DNA of 64,000 nt, taken from assembly GCF_009834535.1 (NCBI RefSeq), contig NC_045697.1, positions 112,966,001 through 113,030,000 of the forward strand. Direction: 5' to 3'. Every line of letters starts with the position of its first letter. The first letter of the stretch is position 1. Below the pieces are notes generated by a model, which saw only the letters and a list, made by a program, of their open reading frames with translations, searched no databases and had not been told where the DNA came from. The stretch comes from Camelus ferus. Taxonomy: Eukaryota. Positions 13,300 through 28,000 of the stretch are shown here, piece by piece. Position numbers and translations under genes: made by a program.

Positions 13300-14250
13300 G
13301 ACGAGGTTAAATAGAAAGCAAATGCCAGATAAACACAGGATGCTTTCCCAAAGAATTTCAACTTTATCCAGAAGGAAATGGAAAGATACTTAAGAGTATT
13401 AAATAAGGAATTTGTATATTGTATTTTTGCAAGATGACGCCACGGCAATGTGTGGAGAATGAATTGCCTGTGTGAGTGAGCGAGGCACAACGTGCAAGCT
13501 AGAAAACAAAATGATTCAACAAAGCAGCATCTGAGGGGATGGAGAGGAAGACATTTGGTGCGGTTTAGTCCCTGAGCAGCTGCGAGGGCTGAAGATGGAG
13601 GAGGAGGTGGAGGAAACAGCCCACAGTGGCTCTCAGCCTTCTGCCTTGAGTGACTGGGTGAAGAGTCTGATTATTCACTGGGGAAAAGTATATAGGCAGG
13701 TGGGCCCATCTGGGGACATAACAGAAGTTCAGTCAGGCCACGGGAGTTTGAGATGCCGGTGGCCAGTGAGGCCAGGAGGTGAGTCTGGACCAGGTTGGTG
13801 TAGGAAGGACGTGTCTGGTTGTGGAAGCCCAGACACAAATGAATCAGTGGAGAATGAGAATGTGTGATTAGAATGTGGGTGAAGACAGAGCCCTGGGGAC
13901 CAAGATGAAGGGAAAGGTGGAAAAGAAAAGCCAGCAGAGGAGAAACAGCTGCAGCCAGAAAGGGGGCAAAGGACCAGTGGAGAGTGACACTCTTGGAACC
14001 AAAGTTTTAAAAGAAATTGAAGAGTCAGTAGTGTCAGGGGTTACAGACAGGACTGAGAGTGAACAAAAACTGAGGAGGTCAGCGGGAATTTTGTCACAAG
14101 CCATTTCAGTGGGGTCCTGTTTCTGACAGCGGCATTTCAGAGGGTTGAGGAATCTGTAGACGGTGAGAGAGAGTTGACACTGGGGAAGTGCAGAACATGC
14201 TTTCTAAAATGTTACCTTGGAAGCAAGAAGGAAATCAGTAGCTATAGGTG
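13300..14250. mobile_element. Degenerate L2-like remnant
   Basis: Purine-rich sequence with L2-type phrasing (gagtttgagatgcc, cagagccctgggga); boundaries approximate. Confidence 0.45.
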
Positions 14251-14899
14251 AAGCATAGAACTGAAGAATGGAGTTTTTACTGGCAAAAAACATGAACGAG
14301 TTCTTAAAAATCAGTAAGATGAGCAACCAATAGGAAAAAATATATATAAGAAAAAGCAATTCACAAAGAAATGCAAATAGTCAGTAAACACACACACACA
14401 CATGCAATTCCACCTTAGCAGCAATCTAAAACGTGAAAATTTAAACAACAGCCTGGTACCAATTTTATCCTCTTCAATTGACATTTAAGACATGCTAGCA
14501 GTGAGATCACTTGGTGTCATTTTCCTGGAGGGCAGTTTGGCTGTACGTATCAGAAGTCTTCAATATTTCATACAATTTCTCCCTTAAATTTCATGTCTAA
14601 AAATTTACTGTAATGAAGTAACCATTGCACAGTATTCTGCTACATGAATTCCTGGCACAGGAACAGTGAACAGCAAAATGTTTAAACCAAAAATAATTGC
14701 ACTCTTGGAGGAAAACGGAGGAGAAAATCTGTATGACTTTGAGATAGACCAAAATATTTAGATATTAGACCAAAACCAACCAAAATCTCCAATAGCGGCT
14801 GGTAATATAGACTTAAGTTGAGTTATATGCTAGCCATTATGCAACCACTCACATGAAATACAGTGACATTTCATGATATATTAAGCTTAAAAACTTTCC

Positions 14900-16775
14900 A
14901 TTGAAGTATATTAGTATAATCTCTTTTCATTTAAAAATAAAACCTATTCAACGTTGTACTAAAGGTTCTAGCCAGTGTAATAATGCAAGAAAAAAAAATC
15001 TAAATTGGAAAGAACTAAGTAAAACTGTATTTGTTTGCAGATCACCTGATTACGTAGAAAATCTGGTGGGGTCTCCAAAAAGCTACCAGGACTACGGAGT
15101 GAACTTAGCAAGATTGCAGGGCATGAGCTCAACATACAAAAATCAAATCCATTTCTATATAGTAATAAACTATATAGTAGAATTTTTTTAATAACATAAT
15201 TTGCAATAGCATTAACATTAAGTACCTAGGGATAAATCTGACAAAAGAAGCAGAAGACCTGTACACTGAAAGAAACAAAATGTTGCTGAGAGAAATTAAA
15301 GACCTGAAATAATGGAAAGATCTATCCGTGGACTGGAAGACTCAGCCTTATGAAGAGGTCCGTTTTCCCCAGCCCAAGATCATCGGCATATTAACACAAT
15401 TCCAATAAAAACCCCAGCAGACATTTTTAAAATAAATTGTCAAACTAAGTATAAAATGTATATAGAAATGCAAAGAAACTACAATAGCCAAACGAACTTT
15501 GAAAAAGAAGGACAGAATTAGAGGAATAACGTTCCCTGATGTAAAGGCTTTTACAGCTGCAGGAATTAAGGCCATGTAGCATAGTTGTCAAGACTGACAA
15601 CTGGCAGTGGACCAGAATATAGAATCCAAAAATAGACCCACACAGATACAGTCAAATAATTTTTGACAGAGGTGCAAAAGCAACTCAGTTGGGAAAGGAT
15701 GGCCTTTTTTATAAATGCAAAAAATAAATTATGATCCATGTCTCCTGCCATACACAAAAATGAATTCAAAATGTATTCTATAATTGCAAAACCTAAAATA
15801 GAAATACTTCTAGAAGAAAACGCAGGGGAAACCTTTATGACTTTGGATTAGGCAAAGACATGTAGGTATGACACCAAAAGCAAGATTCATAAAAGGACAA
15901 ATTGCTAAATTGGACTTTGTCAAAATGAAAAACATCTACTATTCAGAAGTCACTGTTAAGATAATGAAATGACAAATCACACACTGGGAAAAATATTTCC
16001 AAATCACGTATCTGGCAAAGAACTTGTACCCCACATACATAAGGAACTTCAAAACCCCATAAATTAAAATGGGCAAGAAATTTCAATAGACACTTCATCA
16101 AAGAAGATAAACAGCTGGCAAATAAAAACAAAAAGATGTTCAGCATCGTTAATCATGAGAGAAATGCAAATTAAAACCACAGTGATAGCACTACACACCT
16201 ATTAAAATGGCCAAAATTAAACAGACTGATCACACCGAGAGTTGGGATCACTATGAAGGAACTGGCACCTTTCACACACTGCTTGTGGAAATATCAAATG
16301 ATGTAACCACTTTGGAGAACAGCTTGGCAGTTTTTTAAATAGTGACTCATGGATCTAACATAGAGTCTCGCCATTTCACCCCTGGGCATTTATCCAACAG
16401 AAATAAAAACCTATGTCCATACAACGACTTGTACGTGAAAGTTCACAGCATCTCTGATTTTAATAGCCCCAAACTGGATACAACCTGAATGTTCATCAAG
16501 TGGACAAATAAATTGTGGGATATTCCATTTATATAAAACTCTACAAAATGCTTACTAATATATGGTGACCAAAAGCATACGACAGGCTGCCTGGGGGCCG
16601 GGAGGGCTGGGTGGGAGTGATTTCAAAAGGCAAAGGGGAAGCTTCAGGGGATGACCGATGTGTGGTTATAGTGTCAGAGGTGTATAATGTATGTCAAAAT
16701 GTGTCAGTTCTTACATTTTAAATATGTGCAGGATACATGTCAATTATTTCTCCATAAAGTTGTGTTTTTAAATTG
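14900..16775 (+). mobile_element. Old L1M element: ORF2 3' half and 3' UTR, heavily decayed
   Basis: cctagggataaatctgacaaaaga, caattccaataaaaaccccagcag, gaaatgcaaattaaaaccacagtga, then an L1M 3' end; many stops and frameshifts. Confidence 0.85.
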
Positions 16776-19507
16776 TGTAAAGAACAAAACAGTTTGAGGC
16801 TTCGTGTCTCCCGGTTGTTTCGCTCCTGCCTCTCCTTGCTAACTACAGGGCAGAAGGCTTCCTGGTTACCACTCCACTAGTACTCACAGCTGACCTCCCT
16901 TCCCACACATGCAAATGTCCTGAGACACTGCCAATTATGCAGATAGATTCTGGGAGAAGCAATGTGGCCGAGAAGAGGAGACTCCTCTTGGTAGCCATGG
17001 AGTGAATGGATGGATGGAGACACTCTGGTCCTCCTGGGCTCCACTGTCGGGAGGAATGAGGGGCCTGGGACACATGCGGACAAGCAGAGGGTGGATGGTT
17101 GAGTTAGGTTGAGGATGGATGGTCTCTGGGAATGACTGAGACCCTCCTGTCATCCTTTAAGCCTTCTTCCCAAGTGGTCCTCTGTTAGACCCACTCTCCA
17201 CGTTCTCCGTGAGCCGGGAACCTCTGCCCTCCAGAGCAGCCTCTAGGTGACCCTGATTGTCACCCAGGCTCCCAGTGGCTATGTTTTTCCTGCTCCTTCT
17301 GTCCTCTGACCTCTTGTTAGCACAAAAGGAGCCTTTGTACTGTCTTTACTGTCAACTACTTCCTGTATCTCCCCACATCCATCCTGCTGGTGCACCGAAG
17401 AGATAAACGTATTCAAGATTAAATTTTCTTTTTTTTTTTGGATTCCACATGTAAGCGATATCATATGGTATTTTTCTTTCTCTTTCTGGAAGCAGGTTTT
17501 CATGTTAAAGGGAAAGGAGATATACACAGAGAGAGAGAAGTTAAAAATAAATGAAAAGATACAATCAAAGGGTGAAGTGTCATGGAGAATGACTCATTTG
17601 GACTGTAGAGGGACATGCTGTCCTCTTAAATAACAGGAAAGGAAGTGAGAAGGGTGTGATGCAGTTATAAATACATGTTTAGTCTGAAGACAGGAAGTTA
17701 AGGGAGTTGGCCCCTGAGACAGAGAATCAGCGCTCTCCAAAGTAAGTCATAGGTGATATGACCGCCTGTCGACACGTCAGTCCACCCAGAGAGGGCAAAA
17801 CTGGTCGCGGGGGCTACTGGTTCATCACCCTCTCTCCAGTTCCTCCTCCCCACAGCTATAAGAACGGGCTCTCTAGCACCCCGCTAACTCTAACCCCTAA
17901 AATCCTTTCTACCTTACGCCTTGGAAATTTGCTTACACTTGACCCAGACTTCAAATTCATGGTCTGGGACACACCACATCTTCCCCCTGCTCTCTGCAAG
18001 CACCTGTTTTATTTTCTCTGTTCCTGCACACTCTGTACATACAGGCGATCCCACTGCTGTTCATATAAATCTGATCTCAAAAATCAACCACTTTGTAGAT
18101 TTTGTCCCCAATACACTCACCTGAGTTCAGGAGCAGGAGACACATCCCGTCGTGAAGCCAGAGCCTCCGCCTTCTTCCGGCGCCTCCCTGGCTCCACACC
18201 CCCGTCTCCTCGGAAGGACGGACACGCTCTTCGTTGTCTCCCACTGAGAGGTCAGCCCAGGCTCGTGCCCCATGCGGTCTTGCTTTTCACTCCAACCAGT
18301 CAGAAAGAAAGATCTTTCTAACAAATTCCAGGAAGGAAATCTGGGAGGAACGTTATCAACTTCTCTGCGCATATTAATCCATCCGTGTCCCTCCCACGCC
18401 CCTCGTCCCCCACTTCGGGTTGATACTCAAGGCTCTTTGTCACCTGGTTCCGCCCAGTCTCCCCACCTCACCGCCTGTCCTTCCACCGTGGAAACTGAGC
18501 ATTGCCTCTTCGTTTTTATAAGAACAAGTGATTAGAATGACATCAGATTGTCTTACTACTGAATTTGTATCCCTCTGCAGGGATTCCATGGTACTAGAGA
18601 AGTTGGCAGTGAATCTGCTGTGGAAAAAGGTGTTTATTTTTGGAATTCAGTAACTGAGAATGAAGGGTGTAGAGGAAGACGCAGCCGACCCATTGTTACT
18701 AGATTTCCAAAGCGACAGGGCGAAAATGACAGACTATTAAATAAGGGCTTTTGAATAAGAGATTCTTTCATATTCACTTCTCACTCTTAAGCTCCAGGAA
18801 GAAAAATGGAATCTGTCCCAGAATGTGAACAACTCTCATGTGTGTCTCAAGAAATTCCCCACCGAGAGCAAGCAGTCAGACCTAAGAATCATTGCCTGAA
18901 ACAAACGCCTTGACAAGGACCTGAGCAAACCATTCCGATGTCCTCGGAACTGAAGGGAGATTCTTAGCCCACTCAGAAGCTTTCTCAGGTCAAAGCGACA
19001 TCTTCATAAAAGGAGGAAAAGTGTCTCTGGAGCTGGCAGGATGGGACATAGTTGAGGGTTTTATGCAGCCAAACGCGGGAACACAGTTGACCGTTTCCAT
19101 GACAACATGAACAGGCATCACCCGTTCTCTCCCACCACCCAGCAGGCTGGGAAGCAGCCTTTGGGGTTGGAACCTGTTCTGGGTTCTGCAAATGAGGAAA
19201 TCTGGCCAGCTGTGGTTGCAGTCTTCTGTGTCCCCGACACATCAAGTCCCCAAACCGCAAGTTTCATTTCCAGCCTGTGGAGATGATAGGTGCCTCCCGC
19301 CCTTCTCTGATCCAGAGCTTCCTTATTTTGTAAGAAGTGAGTGTACCTGGTATTATTAAACCAATCAAGGGAGAGCAGTTTAAAACAAAGGATTGAAATC
19401 TGGGAAGTGTCTCAGACCTCTGAGAATCCAGTGCAGATTACGGACTGCTCCCCGGAAAAAGGAAACACACACGTGACATTTTACACAGAGTTCAGGGAAT
19501 TCATATA

Positions 19508-19993
19508 CAGGCGTTCCACGTTACTGTGCGTTGCTTTATTGTGCTTCGCAGATGTTGCATCTTTTACAAACTGAGGAATTCTGGCAACCCTGCATCGATC
19601 AAGTCTGTCGGCACCATTTTTCCAACAGCGTTTGCTCACTTCATGTCTCTGGGCCACATTTTGGAAATTCTTCCAATACTCCATACTTTTTCATTATTAC
19701 TGTGTTTGGACGGTGATCTGCGACCAGTGATCTTTGATGTTACAATTGCAAAAAGATAAAAACTCACTGAAGGCTCAGATGATGGTTAGCATTGTTTAGG
19801 AAAAAAAAGTAGTATTTAATTAAAGCACGTACATTGTTTTTTAGACATAATGCACACTTAGTAGACTACAGTATAGTGTGAACGTACTATTGTATGCACT
19901 GGGAAAAAAAGAAAACTCATGCGATCCACCGGTTGCGATGTTCATGTTATTGTGAACCTAGAACTGACACCACTTACCCCTGAGGTGTGCCTG
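19508..19993. mobile_element. Tigger1 internal-deletion derivative (TcMar-Tigger)
   Basis: ta|caggc...gcctg|tg ends; Tigger1-type sequence ggcaaccctgcatcgatcaagtctgtcggcaccattttt and cactgaaggctcagatgatggttagca. Confidence 0.85.
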
Positions 19994-20991
19994 TGTCCCT
20001 GGAAAGTCGAAGAGCTCTTTAATCCAAGGTCTTCAGTTTTCGGACAAAACTCTTAGCAAAGGCTGCATCTCCAAAGTGCCAAAAACAAGTTCAGAGGTAA
20101 TATATTGAGCCAATTAATTATGCTTGAGATCAAAGGACTGATAAAACTGATTGTAAATTATATTAACAAAAATACTATTTGTTTTATTTGTATTATTATA
20201 TCCAAAATCTGAATCAATATTGAGAGAGATGGAAGCTTCACTGGCGGCCACTGAAGCTGGAGTAGACGATGTGTTTATCTGATTTATTTCAAATAAATAT
20301 GTGGCTAAAATACTCTAAGAGTAGAAACAATGGCAACAGAAACAGCGATGACAAAAAATTCAAACCCAGTCACATTATGTGCAATGTTCAGATGTGATAC
20401 AGCTGCTAAAGTAGGTTGGAAATTGGGTGCAGGAATTTTTGGGGGGTTTTTTTGGACGCATGACAATAAGCATTGACAATGGGCTGTCAGTAGGATCGGC
20501 TTGCACTAGTCTACAGCAGCAGTTCTCGGGAGAAATGTCCCTTTTTCTTTGCTGCCACCCAAAGGAATATTTTAGATAAGTACAGATGTACACACACACA
20601 CACACGCACACACAATAAGACACAAAAGGGACAGAAGTACTTATGAAACAAAAGCCCATTATATCTGATCGATGGGCAATTATACATTCCCCTGTTCTAA
20701 CAAATACACAGAAGTCCACAATTGTGACACTGACTTAAATGTCATGAAAGCATGTATCTTGGCTACCTTGTCACCTGGCACCTAGAATAAATATCCAATA
20801 CCATGTGAGGCTTCAGTAATTAGCTTCTGAATGGAAAAACCTACTCCCCAATAAAATTAGACAAAATCTCCTAATAACTTACTGTATTAAGTCTTACTAA
20901 GTAATAGCTAACTGTATTACTCTGGGCAAATCAGTTCAGTTCTCTGAGCCTCAGTTTATTCATCTGAAAAACGGGGGTGAAATTGGGTCTT

Positions 20992-21215
20992 AATTTTTTT
21001 CAATATATGCATATATATATTATTGTATAGTTGATTTACAATGTTTCAGGTGTACAGCAAAGTGATACAGTTTTATATATATATATTCTAGTTCAGATTG
21101 TTTTCCATTAGAGGCTATTACAAGATACTGAAAACAGTTCCCTGTGCTGTACAGCAGTATCTTGTTGTTTATCTATTTTATATACAGTAGTGCGTATCTG
21201 TTAATCCCAAACTCC
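20992..21215 (-). mobile_element. L1 3' UTR fragment inserted in a MIR remnant
   Basis: L1 tail in reverse complement; flanks aattgggtctt / aactgggtctt; MIR core ctctgagcctcagtttattcatctgaaaaacgggg just upstream. Confidence 0.8.
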
Positions 21216-21295
21216 AAACTGGGTCTTTTTAAACATCTTCTAGTTTCTGCTTCTGCTTGGTGAACAGGCACGTTCTCCTAAAGTACAAGGCTGTG

Positions 21296-21435
21296 GGGGG
21301 AGGGTGTAGCTCAGTGGTAGAGTGTGTGCTTAGCATGCATGAGGTCCTGGGTTCAATCCCCCCTGCCTGCATTAAAATAAATAAACCTAATTAGCCCCCC
21401 CCAAAATGTAAAAATAAGTTAAATAAATGAATAAA
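21296..21435 (+). mobile_element. tRNA-derived SINE (camelid Vic-1-like) with 17-bp TSD
   Basis: ggggagggtgtagctcagtggtagag...gggttcaatcccc, A-rich tail; TSD taaagt(a/g)caaggctgtg at 21279-21295 and 21436-21452. Confidence 0.92.
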
Positions 21436-22444
21436 TAAAGTGCAAGGCTGTGATCATGTTGGCTCAGAGTTGGTACCTGGGCTGTGCAGACCCCATGGGC
21501 ACCATGGATGCTCACTGAAGAGAAATGGGCTTCTGGAGGGATACCGTGGGTGGCAGTGGAGAATCCCAGAGTCCCAGGCGAGGGCTCGAATCCATGAGGA
21601 AGAGGAGATGGGCCATCCCATCCTGTGAGTTGTAGTCCCACCATTCTTCCTGCTTTCTTTTTGAAGTTACAGCCGATGGTTAAGCATCCCCTGGACACGG
21701 CGCTGTAGGTTTCCCCACTGGCTCCGCGTGGCTGAAGCAGTAACACTGATGTCACGACCAGAGTGTGCCTTACAATATTTTCACCATAATCTTCAAGAGA
21801 AAACAGACAACCCAATATTGTTTAAATATCTTTAAAGTAACTTTGTTTAAACGCACCTATTAATTCTTTAAGTAATTTATGTTCCTACATGACAATAGGT
21901 TAATTTTAAGTGGGCTATTTTTTGTTGAGGGGGAGGGAGGGAGGTGAGGATATTGCCACCCTTGTGAAAATGTGTTAGAAATTACAGCTCCTCTGCAAAG
22001 TATCTTTCTGGATTTTTCCCCTTCGGGAAAGTAATCCTCAAACTTCCACATGCATAAAAATTGCTTGGAGTGCTTATTAAGAATGCAGATATGGATCTGA
22101 CAGAGCCTAGGAATCTGCCTTTTAACTGGTGCCATAGCAGTTCCAAGGCATACGTACCCCAGAACTGCATAATAACGCCTGTAAGACAGGCGTTTGTCCA
22201 TTTCTTTATTTGCCACGCAAATCATCTTCATGTGTGATGTTTTTGCGCCCTCCAGTGGATGATTTCCCTCAGCAAACCGTTTACATTACGAACACCTTGC
22301 TCAAAACCTTTGGGCAAGTCCAATTTCTCGTGAGCTCCTTGAAAGGAAACAAAGGGCAGTCGGGAAAGATTTGTAAGAAAACTTGCTCAATGATATGTCA
22401 GAGTCATATGTTTAGATATCCATTTAATATGAAATATGCATATT

Positions 22445-22497
22445 TTTCTTTTTTATTAAAGTATAGTCAGTTTACAATCTGTCAATTTCTGGCATAA
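22445..22497 (-). mobile_element. Very short L1 3' terminal fragment
   Basis: ttaaagtatagtcagtttacaatctgtcaatttctgg flanked by atgaaatat(g/a)cata repeats. Confidence 0.65.
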
Positions 22498-24515
22498 TGA
22501 AATATACATACATTTTTTAGGGAGAAAATTTTAATCCTGATAAAGTTGGCTGAATTTAGCGCATCTGTTTTATACAAGTATTTTAGAAACCTTGGATTTA
22601 CTATTACCGCAATATTTGTAGACTGTTTATACCCATAAGATTAATATTCTCACACACTAGTTTCCTAATAAACTCTTTCTAGCAAATCAATTCAATAACT
22701 TGGATCTTCCTGGCTGCTCTCTCCTGGGCATCTTTTAGTACCTGCTGGCCCTCCTGACACCTCTTCGTGCTGGCTTCTGAGATCGACAGCTCTTATCAAG
22801 ATCCTGAAAGCTCTGAGTGTCTGTTTTGCACAGCGTGGCTTCCATCTCTCTGAAAACCTTTGTTTATTGAGGCTCACACTTCAAGAGTCACAAATTCAGT
22901 TGCCCACAAGCACCAAGCAGGTAACATAAATGAGCAGAGTCGGCAGGGTGTAAACCAAAGACAGTGATGGAGGTAAAGGTGAACATAGTTGGTTACATTT
23001 GAAGGAATTTGGAAGTAATTATAACTTTATAAAGCCCACTATGGACATAGTAAAACATCTGGGAACCACATGAAACTTTGTTTCATACACCACTTAGGGA
23101 TCCCTGAGGGTTTATAAGTGTGAACCATGTGTGGATATTATCTTGTATGGCAGCCGTGTACAAGGGACGGTGTCAGTATCTCAGTTGTACCAACCAGGAA
23201 CTGAGGTCTCAGGAGAGAGGTTCTTTGTCGCCAGTCAGACAGGGAGATTCCTGCCCCCGGCGCTAGACCAGGGGGCCTGAGCCCAGAGTCTGCGTCCTGT
23301 CACTTGACTCCAGGGTCTCTCTGAGCAGGAGTGGCTTCCAGTATGTTCCATGCGGCTGTCACAACATACATCTCTCCTCACCCACCACCCCAGACCCCCT
23401 CTCCCCCTAGATCTTCACAACATCTTCTGTTCTCCTGGCCTCTAATTCTATGAGTGTCTTTGCATTGGGCAGCTTCTCATCGGGCGGCTGAGACCTCTCT
23501 CTCCCCCCAGCACTGAGCTGGCTACGGTGCTTAACCCGTCAGCACGAGATATTTTCACTGCCGTTGCTTTCAACACGTGCAGCTGTTCCTCAAGCTTTAA
23601 AATGTTGCAGTCATGCTTGGATTTTTGGGATAAGTGGAATTTGCCTTCTTACAACACGTCTGCTTTTCTACTCAGCTGGACGGTTCCGGTACTACTGTAA
23701 ACCCTGTAAAATGATGCGAGCTGTCTGGGTAGAGTCCTGTCAGTTGGTCTCAGTACGGTTTTGTGAAAAGCAGACGTTAAGAGTCACTGTGTGCAGAGGT
23801 GCAAGTGAATGACCTTTGAGGAGCGCGAGCCGTTTCTTTCCTTATCCGTCCTCAGGTGGCCGCCTGGGCTTTGCCGTCACTGAGACAGAGCAGCACTGCT
23901 GCCTCCTGGACCACGTTCCTCAGGAAAGACACCGTCACCTCCACACGCTCACATCAGCGCCGCAGTTTATTTTGGAATGTTTGAGTCCCTTGAACTTTCT
24001 GTTGGAAACTGTCACCCAGAACGGTGTCTCTTTGGGTGGCTTTACCATTTTGAGTTGAATTTCCAGACAGAAAGAATGAAAAGTTCCTGGGACATGGAGT
24101 GCGACCTGTGGTATCTCCTCCAATCCGAACAATAAGGAAGTTACCGCTGTGCCGCCTTTAGGAGCGTCTACCCAGTGCACGCACAGAAATCCATCCCCCT
24201 GCCGTTCTTTGTATAAATAGTTGATAAAAACAGATCGTGTTTTTCTGCTGTGAGATTCAGGATTCAGAAAAATCTGTTTGTACTTGGTGGGGAGGAGGCC
24301 CTAAATCTGAAAAACCACCAAATCCCAACTCACCCTCCCCATCCTTCAGTGGTGGCACCAACATGAAGGCAGAAACCCCCAGAGTCTGGTATGGCGGTGG
24401 TGCTGCAAGTTTCAAGTTACGACAACCGTTTATTGATTTCTTCTAAGTGCCTAAGACTTGTCTCGCTCATGTGCATTAGCTGACTTAAACTTGGCCCTAT
24501 ACTGTGGGTACTCCT

Positions 24516-25051
24516 TATTTTTAACTGAAGCATAGTTGATTTATAACATTGTGTTAGTTTCTGGGGAACAGCATAGTGATTCAGTTGTACATTTATATAC
24601 ATTTTTTTCAGATTCTTTTCCAATATAAGTTATTACAAGATATTGAATATAGTTCCCTGTGCTCTACAGTAGAAACTTATTTATTTTATGTATATTTATT
24701 TTATATATATATTAGTTAGTATCTGCAGATCTCAAACTCCCAATTTATCCCTTCCAACCCTCTTCCTTCCTGGTAACCATAAGTTTGTTTTCTATGTGAG
24801 TCTGTTTCTGTTTTATAAATAAGTTATTTGTGTCATATTTTAGATTCCACATATGAGTGATCTCATATGGTATTTTACTTTCTCTTTCTGGCTTACTTCA
24901 CTTAGAATGACGTTCTCTAGGTCAATCCATGTTGCTTTAAGTGACATTATTTCATTCTCTTTTATGGCTGAGTAATATTCCATTGTGTGTGTGTGTGTGT
25001 GTGTGTGTATACATACGTGTATACCACATCTTCTTTACCTAGTCATCTGTC
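24516..25051 (-). mobile_element. 5'-truncated L1 3' UTR fragment containing (TG)n
   Basis: Same family as 2981-3640 (tttctctttctggcttacttcacttagaatgac). Confidence 0.9.
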
Positions 25052-28000
25052 TATGACAGAAAGTGCAGAAGCTAAGTGGGGAGCTCACTGACTGGCGAGT
25101 GATTAGAGCCAACAGGTGGCTGTGACTGGTGATCCTTGAGCTCCTGTGTCCCAACCTTGAGGTGTTTAGAGGCTTAGAATGTGGGCTGTCTTGGCGTCAG
25201 GGCACTGGAACCACCACCGCCTGACATCCTTCTTTGATTAATTTAACGCTAACAAGTCCCACGCTGGTGGTGATGCTTCTGAGGGCCACTCTTTTAGAAC
25301 CACTGCCCCAGACCGCCAGGCCCCCTAGAAAGTTGGCCAGTATTACAGCTGCTGAACTTCCGCTGGGTTCCATCCTGTCCTCAAGCACAACTATCCTACT
25401 GGGCGTGGAGCTAACGGAATAAACTAGCCTTACTGCTCCTAGTATTATTTTCACTCTTAACGCAGTAAAACCCCACCCTACGATATGCAGGGGTCAGGGA
25501 GGAAAAAAAGAGTTAAAATGAGCCCTTGCATTTAGGCTGAGTTGCTGAAATGACTGGGAAGGGCCTACCGGAGGCTGGCAGGGATTCTCAGGTCCGGGGA
25601 CCCTGGAAAACCACATCACTGCCACCAGCTCAGCGGGCCCCGTGCCACCTGGTGGGGGTCATTTGCTTTATCATTTTCCAGATTTGCTGAAATTCTGGCT
25701 CCTCTAGCTGTTAGCAGCGTTGGAAAGTGCAGCGGGGCTGTGTCAAGGAAGAAATAAAAATGGACTTGGTAAAGCAGCACCTCCTCCCTGTGTACTTAGA
25801 TGTTGTGCAAATAAACTGCCCGTATTCTTCCCTGGTACAAAGTTTTAAAAAGCATTCTCATTAGGCAGTGCTTTAATTTATACTTTAGGACAGAACCCAA
25901 ATACCAGTAATTTTAAATTAGAAAGCTTGCTCAGTTTCATCTCGCTAGAATGGTGTTTTTCACAGAAATGGTGAATTTCACAGAAACGATGTCTGCATCA
26001 ATTTAGACTCGAATTTGGAGGTCTTTTCAGAAAGACCTTGTTGTATATTTCTGAGTGAATAACAGTGTTTCTGTTCACTTCCTTCTATAGTTGAGGGATT
26101 TGGACAAGGGACCAAAGGCCGACGTCAGTAAGCAGGTGCCAGAGACCCAGCGATCCTGGAAAGGGTGAGCGAGGTCGGAGGCGCTAAGATTTGCGAAGCT
26201 GGTTTTGCAGTATTTGCGGGTGAAGGGAGTCTGCGAGCTGGGCAGGGCAGGGGGCTGGCGGGGAAAGAGGCCTCCCCGCCCTCCCTGCTGCTTCTGGGAC
26301 CTTCCACCAGCTCCACGGAGACCGCCTGGAGAGACGTGTCCTCTTAAAACTGAGCACCAAGGGGGCACCTCTTAATCCCACCCCTCCACCCCAACTGTAG
26401 TGTTTGTGTGTGTTGGGGGGGGGGGTCCAGGGGTGGACACTGGACACGTGGCCTGCAAGCATAAGTACACATTATTTTTATAAAGCTGGGCAGGGGAGCC
26501 CCGATGCTATGTTCATTTGTGCAGATTATTGCTTTTCTATCACAAAGTCTTGGGAACTGGTACTGAATTTCATTCAGCATCCCAAGGAATAAATTAGCAT
26601 TTGCCCTTTCAGGACAACTTGGTTACAGCGAGATTTCGATCCTGCCTTGTTAACCCACTTCTCATTCCTGGGGCTTGCAAAGCGTATATTCACACTTTGT
26701 ATATAAACCTGAAAACACAAAGATACGGATGAACATTTTATGAAGTCTGTAGAATTTCTGCTGGTGCCGGGTATCGTGTGCAGTAATGTGATCGTCCGGG
26801 AGAGGGCGCGGTGGTTCTGCGCTGACTCGTGTGCGGGAGGGTGAATTCCTGCGTGGTCCCTGCGAGGGTTTATAAAGGGAGGTGGCGGTCTGATACCCCT
26901 TTACGCTTCACTTCTCCTTAAAACGCTGCTGAGATGAGGAAGGGACAGCTTCGGGGCTTCTATTGTCTGGAACTAAAAGGAGTCTTTACAGATGATTTGA
27001 TTTATCCCTGTCAGCCCCACCAGTATTTTTCTATTTGAGGCTCAGCCACTTCATCAAAATGCTCCTTAGATTGAAGAATCTATAAACCCAGTTTTTAAGG
27101 GTTTCTTTCCCCCCCCCCCCCCCAGAGCCAGCTTTACCACTGCGGGTGGATTCAGTGGGAACCTTTTGTCGCCGAGGGCTCTTTCATCCACTTGCAACAT
27201 TTAGGAAATTCGACCTGTAATACAGCTGCCCTCCGGCACCACCCTGGCCTTTTTATTTGGTCGTATTGAACACTGAGGTGATTCAAGAAATAGCTATTAA
27301 AGCAAAAGGTGCTGTTGCCAAATGCTAAGTTCTATTTCATAATCACACAGATTATTCAGATTATCATTACAATAAATCAGTAACAAAACGAAATTTTAAA
27401 AATCAATCTTTCACATGTCTGACGTGAGGTTTTCGTAAAAGCCAAGATGCGCCGACTGAAATCTTCTCACTACGATGTTAATTAAAAACAGATTCTAGAT
27501 TGAAGCATCTGGCCTTCCCCGCCCTTCATTACTAAAATTTCTCCATTATTTACTTAGAATAATACATAGTTTGATGAAAAAGCAAGTGCAGGATGAGGTA
27601 TGAATGGTTAACTAGCTCTAACAGACCCTATAAGGGAAACTGTGATAACTGGCCAGTAAAAGCAGAGAACGGATGTGTTTGTAAAGAAAACATTTGTTTC
27701 TCTAAAATGTTGAAGAACCTTTCTGGAAGATGGTGATCAGACTTTAAATACTGTGCTCTCTTACAAATGAGATTATAGGACCTTCATGGTGAGAGCAGAA
27801 GGGAAGTTAGGAAGTTTCAGTGATTACATCAGGAACTGCACTTGACAGTGAGGAGCAGAGTCCTGAGAAATTGTGGCTCAGTCACAGGGCTTTGCTTCCG
27901 ACCAAATGAGTGGCGTCCCCAGGTGGGCGATGGCTGATGGGCTCAACTTTGCCTCAAGGTTGCAAGGTGACTGCTGGGACTCCTGCCATTAATTAGGAAT

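Noticed and set aside
18326..18334. STAT-type ttccaggaa site
   Set aside because: A single 9-mer is expected by chance in 64 kb; no supporting context.
21296..21370. tRNA-like sequence with A and B boxes
   Set aside because: Has an A-rich tail, a 17-bp TSD and sibling copies in the window, so it is a SINE, not a tRNA gene.
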